32,000 nt of DNA from Flavobacteriaceae bacterium (GTDB lineage Bacteria > Bacteroidota > Bacteroidia > Flavobacteriales > Flavobacteriaceae), in the NCBI GenBank assembly GCA_965224465.1, contig OZ245049.1, positions 2,520,001 to 2,552,000 of the forward strand, written 5' to 3'. Position numbers and translations under genes: made by a program. The notes beneath the pieces were generated by a model, which worked only from the letters and a program-made list of their open reading frames with translations, was not told where the DNA came from and searched no databases. Numbering within the stretch: position 1 is the first letter of the stretch; each line of letters opens with the position of its first letter. Below, piece after piece: positions 26,721-32,000 of this stretch.

Positions 26721-28910
26721 TTAAATATTTAATTGATTTTTCACTAATGTATAATAATGTTGTTTCTTATTTATTAATTCCAAGTGGGTTCCTCTTTCTA
26801 CAACAGTACCATTAGATAAAACAACTATTTGATCTGCATTTCGAACAGTACTTAATCTATGTGCTATTATTACAACCGTTTTGTCTTCAAATAATTTCTG
26901 TAAATTAGAATGTACTTCCATTTCATTAGTTGAATCAAGCGCTGAAGTAGCTTCATCAAGAAATATGTATTTTGGATTTTTATAAATAGCTCTTGCAATT
27001 AAGATCCGCTGTCTTTGCCCCCCCGACAAACCATTTCCTCCAGACCCAATCTTAGTAAGTTCCTTTAAAGGTAATGAATTAATAAAACTAAACAAATTAA
27101 CTGCTTTTAAGGCTTTAAATAATTTATCTTTATCAATTTTAATTTCACTCATCACGATGTTTCTTTGTATTGTATCATTAAAAATATAACCATCCTGCAT
27201 AACAACACCTGAATTTTCACGAATACTTTTAGCAGATAATTTTTTTATATCATCAGACCCGTAAAATATCTCACCGTCTATTGTATCGAAAAATTTAAGA
27301 AGTAATTTCATTAAAGTGGTTTTCCCACTACCACTATGCCCTACGATTGCAGTGATTTTTCCTTTTGGTATATTAATACTTACATTTTCTAAAATAAAAT
27401 TTTCAGACAATTGATTATATTTGAAATTTAGATTAATCAAATCTATATCTACTGGTCCATAGCTTGGTTCTAGCGTATTATTGATATTAAAATCCTCTTC
27501 GTCCTGAGAATACACCTCACTTAACCTGTCAAAGCTTAAGAGTGCATCTTGTTGTGACCTAAAGAAATCCAAAAGTTGATGTACGGGAGAATTCATTTGC
27601 CCAATAATAAAAGAAACACTGAGAAGCGCCCCCAAAGTCATGTGATTATTAATCACATAATAAGCTGCAAGAAAAGTAACTAAAATATTTTTCAATTGAT
27701 TAAAAAAAACAAAACCGACAGACTGAAACTGTTCGATTTTTAATGACATAATATTAACTTTTAAAAGCTTATTCTGAATATCAATCCATTCATTTTTTTT
27801 ATACTCTTCGTACTGATTCAATTTCATTTCTTTAATCCCATTATAAAACTCAAATATTGCTTCTTGACTTTCCGACCGAGCTTTGAATAGTTTGTAGTCA
27901 ACTAACTCTCTCTTTTTCAACCAAAAGACTGACCAAAATATAGAAACCATTGTTAAAACCGAGAATAACAAAAATAAATAAAAATCATAATATAACAAAA
28001 TCATTGAATACAACATCAAAGTAATAAAGGAAAAAAAAGTTAAAATACTTTCAGATGTTAAAAATTGTTCAATCTTGACATTATCTTGTATACGCTGATT
28101 AAAATCGCCTGAGTTTTTTGTGTCGAAAAAACTAATTGGTAAACTTAAAATTTTGTCTAGGTATGAATAGATGATGTTAACACTAAGTTTAGTCCCAATT
28201 ATTAAAGTAAACCAGTTTCTCAAAATATTTATACACATTATACCTATAAAAACAAATAACTGAGCTAAAACTATCAATCCTAATAAATTAATATTTTTTT
28301 TATTAACACCTCTATCAATTAATGCTTCAGTTAAAAAAGGTAAAGTTATATTTAAAACACTTCCCATAAAGAATAACCCAAAGAGTAAAATTATTTTTTT
28401 CTTAAAAGGACTAAGAAGCTCAATAATTGGTCTAATTCTTCTAACAAAACTATTTTTATTTTTATTTTCAGAAAACTTAAGAGTTGGACTCAAAAAAAGT
28501 GCTACTCCATAATTATCATCATTTAACCATAAATTACAGAAATCTTTCCTTGATAATTTAATTTTTCCATGTGCAGGATCTACAATTAGAAATTCTGTTT
28601 TATTTTTATTAATCGCTTCTAGAACCAAAAAATGATTCATATTCCAATATAAAATACATGGTTCCGTAAAATTTTCAATCAATTGCTCTATATTTAATTT
28701 TAAACAATGTGTTTTAAAACCAATTTTTTTAGCCGCATGTATTATCCCCAACATTGAGACCCCATCCTTTCCGATTTGACACAGTTCTCTCAAACTGTGT
28801 AATCTATAATTATTTCCGAAATAGTTCGTGACCATACTCAATGATGCAGGGCCACAATCCATTTGATCATGTTGTCTTACCAAGGTTATATTTTTTTTTC
28901 TTTTGAGCAT
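26721..28910 (-). CDS. Peptidase-C39-domain ABC transporter (double-glycine leader cleaving bacteriocin/lantibiotic exporter, LanT/SunT type)
   Basis: N-terminal C39 motifs with an intact catalytic Cys (QHDQMDCGPASL) and a His region (NHFLVLEA...VDPAHG). Six-TM domain. Walker A GHSGSGKTT, signature LSGGQRQR, Walker B IFLDEATSALD, H-loop IIAHRLS. Confidence 0.93.
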   Translation of the reverse strand: MLKRKKNITLVRQHDQMDCGPASLSMVTNYFGNNYRLHSLRELCQIGKDGVSMLGIIHAAKKIGFKTHCLKLNIEQLIENFTEPCILYWNMNHFLVLEAINKNKTEFLIVDPAHGKIKLSRKDFCNLWLNDDNYGVALFLSPTLKFSENKNKNSFVRRIRPIIELLSPFKKKIILLFGLFFMGSVLNITLPFLTEALIDRGVNKKNINLLGLIVLAQLFVFIGIMCINILRNWFTLIIGTKLSVNIIYSYLDKILSLPISFFDTKNSGDFNQRIQDNVKIEQFLTSESILTFFSFITLMLYSMILLYYDFYLFLLFSVLTMVSIFWSVFWLKKRELVDYKLFKARSESQEAIFEFYNGIKEMKLNQYEEYKKNEWIDIQNKLLKVNIMSLKIEQFQSVGFVFFNQLKNILVTFLAAYYVINNHMTLGALLSVSFIIGQMNSPVHQLLDFFRSQQDALLSFDRLSEVYSQDEEDFNINNTLEPSYGPVDIDLINLNFKYNQLSENFILENVSINIPKGKITAIVGHSGSGKTTLMKLLLKFFDTIDGEIFYGSDDIKKLSAKSIRENSGVVMQDGYIFNDTIQRNIVMSEIKIDKDKLFKALKAVNLFSFINSLPLKELTKIGSGGNGLSGGQRQRILIARAIYKNPKYIFLDEATSALDSTNEMEVHSNLQKLFEDKTVVIIAHRLSTVRNADQIVVLSNGTVVERGTHLELINKKQHYYTLVKNQLNI

Positions 28911-28912
28911 AA

Positions 28913-29407
28913 TTAAATTTGATCAAATTCACTAAAACAATATTCGTTAAAGCTATTTACAATTTGTTTATAAAAAATCGTTTTTTTTCGTATAATTAAA
29001 CACGGAATATCCTTTTTATATAACTCATAATTGGTCAGAATAACATGATCTTCGAAATTTGCTTTACAAATTCTATTCCACAAATTAACTCTAGTTTTCC
29101 CTCTTGTTTTTCTGAAATTTATAGAATTTTCCAATTGATTGTGAGTTTGTAAAAAAATCGCATCGTAATAACCAACAAGCTCTTTCATAAAAATGATTAT
29201 TGTTCTTATAACTTTATAATCTTTTGGTGGATTTTTAATTCCACATTTCAATGATAACTCTAAAATATTTTTGGTTCCCCCACATAAAGTATCATAACTA
29301 ACATCTGATTTACTAAGAATAAAGCAATATTTTATTCCGCTATCCGACACAAAATAGTAACTATTTAATCCTTGCTTTTTTATTTTATAAAATTTTGAAA
29401 TCTCCAT
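28913..29407 (-). CDS. Hypothetical 164-aa protein, translationally coupled within the RiPP operon
   Basis: The ATG at 29407 overlaps the upstream gene by 23 nt, and the stop lies 2 nt before the ABC start. I recognise no motif. There is no signal peptide or TM segment. Confidence 0.5.
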   Translation of the reverse strand: MEISKFYKIKKQGLNSYYFVSDSGIKYCFILSKSDVSYDTLCGGTKNILELSLKCGIKNPPKDYKVIRTIIIFMKELVGYYDAIFLQTHNQLENSINFRKTRGKTRVNLWNRICKANFEDHVILTNYELYKKDIPCLIIRKKTIFYKQIVNSFNEYCFSEFDQI

Positions 29408-30692
29408 TTTCGATTAATTCTAATTCATTAACAATAATACCTTTGTTGTTTATTAAAACCCTTAAAAAGTACATAATTACATCTTTCGGGAAATTATTAA
29501 ATTCTTTCAAAATGGATTTAACACTAACTTCTTTAGAATTATTAATCATTTTAATTATACCTATTAATTCAGGGAAATATTTAAAAGAAAGCCTCGTACC
29601 ACGAACGTACAGAATTAACCTATCCTCAACTTTCTCAACTTTTATCATATACAAATTATTTGATGTGATTATTTTACTTTCTAAATTAGGGAAATAATCT
29701 TTAGTACTATCCATTTTACCAAAATAACTCAAAGGTATACTCTGCCACCCCCCATTGCTTGTCAAACATTTTTTGTATTCATTATAAGTTTGTTTTAAAA
29801 AATCTTGTAGTGGTGATTTTAAAGCTTTCTCACTAACATTTAGTGTATTTATAAAATCAAAAAAAGTGTTTTCATTGTTGATATAATCTTTTTGACATGG
29901 AATTATACTTTGATCATTTTTAATAAATAAGTTCTTAATAGTATCTATCATTAATTTTGAGTAGTTATACTTTGTGGGGTTGTTAAACCAAAGGGTTACA
30001 CCAATAGAAAAGCTTTCTGAACATCCAACATGATGCTTATCCCATGGCATAGAATACAAATCCCCCCTACCAAATTCATGTTTTTCAGCATATTCCAACA
30101 ATGGTTCAATATTTCTATTATTTGAAAGCCCCTTACCAACTTTACTATATGTTTTTTCATCCCAAACATACATTTGTTTTTTTCCTGGCCCTAAATGGTA
30201 ATGTAGTACATTTTCTCCTCTATTATCTCTATGAATCCCAAGAGGGGTCCATCCATAATTACCTATGAAAGTAGTAAGTTCTATTCCCCAAGGAGGTATC
30301 CCAATAATATCAAATAATGGTTGTACTGTTTTCAATATATATCCCGCCAAAATTTCCGAATGTTTTTCTCCATAATTAGTTATTATACCAAAATTTTCAC
30401 CGAATACTCGTTCACAATATGATTGTATACCTTCATCGCTACTTAATTCATTTTTCTCAATTAATTTAATGATTTCTGAGTCACTCATTTCTATGCCGTC
30501 AACATATAACCTAAATCCATTACTTATATCTAGTCTATTTATTCTAGATTTAAGCATTTCAAGAACACCTTCATTTAATACATTCACTAAATCATTCGAC
30601 ATGCACCCCTCATAAACTTGTGTCTTTGTAAATGAAAAATTTTTCGCCATAAAAGACTTCCACCAATCGTGATTAAAGTTATTTGTTTTCAT
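29385..30692 (-). CDS. JmjC/cupin-4 (ribosomal-oxygenase-like) Fe(II)/2-oxoglutarate-dependent oxygenase
   Basis: HxD...H facial-triad arrangement in a cupin context: WTPLGIHRDNRGENVLHYHLGPGKKQMYVW, then GRGDLYSMPWDKHHVGCSESFSIGVTLWF. By recollection this parallels E. coli YcfD/RoxA: GVGPHLDQYDVFIIQGTGRRRWRVG ... PGDILYIPPGFPHEGYALENAMNYSVGFR. The N-terminal (DWWKSF..) and C-terminal extensions are also ROX-like. No alignment was computed. Confidence 0.6.
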   Translation of the reverse strand: MKTNNFNHDWWKSFMAKNFSFTKTQVYEGCMSNDLVNVLNEGVLEMLKSRINRLDISNGFRLYVDGIEMSDSEIIKLIEKNELSSDEGIQSYCERVFGENFGIITNYGEKHSEILAGYILKTVQPLFDIIGIPPWGIELTTFIGNYGWTPLGIHRDNRGENVLHYHLGPGKKQMYVWDEKTYSKVGKGLSNNRNIEPLLEYAEKHEFGRGDLYSMPWDKHHVGCSESFSIGVTLWFNNPTKYNYSKLMIDTIKNLFIKNDQSIIPCQKDYINNENTFFDFINTLNVSEKALKSPLQDFLKQTYNEYKKCLTSNGGWQSIPLSYFGKMDSTKDYFPNLESKIITSNNLYMIKVEKVEDRLILYVRGTRLSFKYFPELIGIIKMINNSKEVSVKSILKEFNNFPKDVIMYFLRVLINNKGIIVNELELIENGDFKIL

Positions 30693-31022
30693 TATTCCTC
30701 TAGTTTTGTTACTATCTCTAATAAAATACTTGTTCTATAAAAAAAATTAAATCTGTAATTTCTAACTGTGTATTTTTTTATTCTTTCTTAAAATCCTAAT
30801 TTTGTAATCTACCCAATAAAGTATCATTGTGGTAAGTGGGTAGTTTCATATAAAAAACGTCTATATTACTAACTATTGTTACTAAATCAACAAATCATAT
30901 CATTAAAACGTTTCACTAATATGTTTTGAGTGGAACGTGTAAATATTTTGGCTTTCAAATATGCATAAACACTGAATTAAGTAAAATGCTGTTATTTACT
31001 AATCTCTAAAATATTATTTATT

Positions 31023-31059
31023 GAAAAATGTAAGGATGTTTTACAGAAAACACCCTTAC
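31023..31059 (-). terminator. Intrinsic terminator/attenuator immediately downstream of the precursor peptide genes
   Basis: The minus-strand RNA would fold GUAAGGGUGUUUU-CUGU-AAAACAUCCUUAC (13-bp stem with one G-U pair), followed by AUUUUUC. It begins 21 nt after the stop of the second peptide gene. Confidence 0.5.
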
Positions 31060-31079
31060 GAGTAAATTAGAACATTATT

Positions 31080-31208
31080 CTAGCTTTCTACTTTCACTTC
31101 CTTTTTCTTTTCTTTCTTTGGTCTCTCATGCCCCCCTAATAAGGTTTGACTTTCAAGTGCCGATAATTCCTCAATATCAAGAAATTTTTTTGGATTTAAT
31201 TTTTTCAT
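31080..31208 (-). CDS. RiPP precursor peptide 2 (42 aa), double-glycine leader
   Basis: Hand-translated and below the ORF-track size cutoff: MKKLNPKKFLDIEELSALESQTLLGG|HERPKKEKKKEVKVES. It is a paralogue of the adjacent peptide. The leader fits the LSxxELxxIxGG-type consensus. Confidence 0.75.
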   Translation of the reverse strand: MKKLNPKKFLDIEELSALESQTLLGGHERPKKEKKKEVKVES

Positions 31209-31232
31209 AATAAAAATTTTAATTTGTAAATT

Positions 31233-31358
31233 TTACTTTGTTTCAACTTTTTTCTCTTTCTTTTTATCTGGTCTTTCGTGCCCTCCCTTTAAGGTTTGGC
31301 TTTCTAAAGCTGATAATTCTTGAGTATCTAAGAATTTTTCTGGTTTTGAATTTTTCAT
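31233..31358 (-). CDS. RiPP precursor peptide 1 (41 aa), double-glycine leader
   Basis: Hand-translated: MKNSKPEKFLDTQELSALESQTLKGG|HERPDKKKEKKVETK. Across the 16 shared codons ELSALESQTL and GGHERP the two genes differ at 7 positions, all synonymous. Confidence 0.75.
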   Translation of the reverse strand: MKNSKPEKFLDTQELSALESQTLKGGHERPDKKKEKKVETK

Positions 31359-31478
31359 ATTAAAAATATAATTAAGTTAAACCTACTCATTGCTGGCTTT
31401 TCGGTTTCCGCCAATTTTTACTGCAGTAGTATTGTTTAACAAATAAATAATATTGTTATATAAATTCCAAAAATGTTT

Positions 31479-31523
31479 TCTTGAAATTTATAAATACAAA
31501 CATGATATTCATAAATTTCAAGA
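31479..31523. promoter_or_regulatory. Perfect 13-bp inverted repeat (candidate operator) in the divergent intergenic region
   Basis: tcttgaaatttat-N19-ataaatttcaaga, between the precursor genes (minus) and the LanB gene (plus). Confidence 0.35.
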
Positions 31524-31583
31524 ATAACAATAACACTCTAACAACTTGCTTGTTAGCTTATTACATCTTTGAATTAAAACAAC

Positions 31584-31591
31584 TATATTTA
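31584..31591 (+). promoter_or_regulatory. Candidate -7 box (TATATTTA) upstream of the LanB gene
   Basis: Near match to TAnnTTTG, 21 nt before the ATG at 31613. It lies inside the 12-mer ACTATATTTACG that is also found at 3974-3985. Confidence 0.3.
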
Positions 31592-31612
31592 CGGAGAACA
31601 TTTTATAAAACC

Positions 31613-32000
31613 ATGCGGAAACAACGGAACCCCTATCAATTTTTAAGAACTTATTGCTTAAGAACCCCTCTTTTAGCCCTGAATATCTTAGATGATGTAT
31701 TTGGAAATAGACGGATTGATAAAAAAGCCTTAAGAACCTACTGGAATGATTCAGTAATTAAAGAAGCATTATTTTTAGCCTCTGCGGATTTACACCAACA
31801 ACTAAATCTGCTGTTTTTGGACCGCATAGAAAATACAAAAAAAGAGGAACGGCTGGTGCATAGTTTTTTAAAATACCTCCTTAGAGCTTCCACAAGGTGT
31901 ACTCCTTTTGGATTATTTGCGGGGATATCTATTGGGACCTTTGATACACATACAGCCATTCACATAGCTACCATAAATAACCATCGTAGAATTACGCAAT
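31613..32000 (+). CDS. Lantibiotic dehydratase (LanB family), N-terminal 129 codons; continues beyond the window
   Basis: Absent from the ORF track (no stop in the window). Translation: MRKQRNPYQFLRTYCLRTPLLALN...VIKEALFLASADLHQQL...FLKYLLRASTRCTPFGLFAGISIGTF. The LRTPLL and R.(S)TR.TPFGLF..(I)S.G motifs are the hallmark N-terminus of LanB/NisB-type dehydratases (NisB has YLRSTPFGLFSETSIG). An in-frame ATG at 31502 is an alternative start. Confidence 0.85.
   Translation, partial: MRKQRNPYQFLRTYCLRTPLLALNILDDVFGNRRIDKKALRTYWNDSVIKEALFLASADLHQQLNLLFLDRIENTKKEERLVHSFLKYLLRASTRCTPFGLFAGISIGTFDTHTAIHIATINNHRRITQ

Noticed and set aside
29395-29697. 100-aa plus-strand ORF
   Set aside because: Antisense inside the oxygenase gene and the 5' end of the 164-aa orphan gene. 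Ile/Leu/Lys-rich shadow frame.
30693-31079. Search for a third precursor peptide or other small ORF in the gap (for example the minus-strand 17-aa MKLPTYHNDTLLGRLQN starting near 30848)
   Set aside because: No ORF here has a double-glycine leader or similarity to the two HERP peptides. All candidates are under 20 aa.
31502-31612. Upstream in-frame ATG (31502) that would add 37 aa to LanB
   Set aside because: The extension (MIFINFKNNNNTLTTCLLAYYIFELKQLYLRRTFYKT) overlaps the 13-bp inverted repeat and the -7-like box. LanB proteins normally begin shortly before the LRTPLL motif, so 31613 is preferred, but this is not excluded.
31738-31959. 73-aa minus-strand ORF from the track
   Set aside because: Antisense within the LanB reading frame, which carries hallmark motifs.
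1-32000. CRISPR arrays, rRNA genes and tRNA genes
   Set aside because: Scanning the intergenic regions by eye found no regularly spaced direct repeats and no tRNA-like cloverleaf or TPsiC (GGTTCGAATCC-type) sequences. A tRNAscan or Infernal run would be the definitive check.

Overview
Low-GC Bacteroidota (Flavobacteriia-like) chromosomal window. There are no Shine-Dalgarno sites, several genes have TAnnTTTG -7 boxes 17-22 nt upstream of the ATG, and Bacteroidota-specific DUF-type genes are present. Bases 1 to ~22,000 are ordinary housekeeping DNA: a partial GH5 glycosidase, leuS, an orphan sensor kinase, a crotonase, an HD hydrolase, a bacilliredoxin, a DjlA-like J-protein, hemD, a GT2 mannosyltransferase, pyrC, an SDR epimerase, tyrS, TetR, a LuxE-like protein, an ECF sigma/anti-sigma pair and an ALDH7-type dehydrogenase. 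This part is punctuated by a ~160-bp MITE-like intergenic repeat family (three copies, one permuted) and a decayed tyrosine-recombinase fragment. After a strong bidirectional terminator at ~22,020 the DNA becomes visibly more AT-rich and accessory. It first carries a Zn-ribbon protein, a NUMOD4/HNH endonuclease-like gene and a tail-less SSB. From 23,992 to the window end lies what I consider the most interesting content, a RiPP-type cluster. It has two tandem, untracked 41/42-aa precursor genes (31080-31358, minus strand) with canonical double-glycine leaders and Cys-free, Lys/Glu-rich cores that both begin with HERP. A LanB-type lantibiotic dehydratase gene runs divergently off the window (31613->32000, also absent from the ORF track). 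A tight minus-strand operon encodes a JmjC/cupin-4 (ribosomal-oxygenase-like) Fe(II)/2OG oxygenase, a 164-aa orphan, a C39-peptidase ABC exporter, a small lipoprotein and a plug-containing outer-membrane barrel. No rRNA, tRNA or CRISPR array was seen by eye. All family assignments come from motif recognition in the translations, not from database searches.
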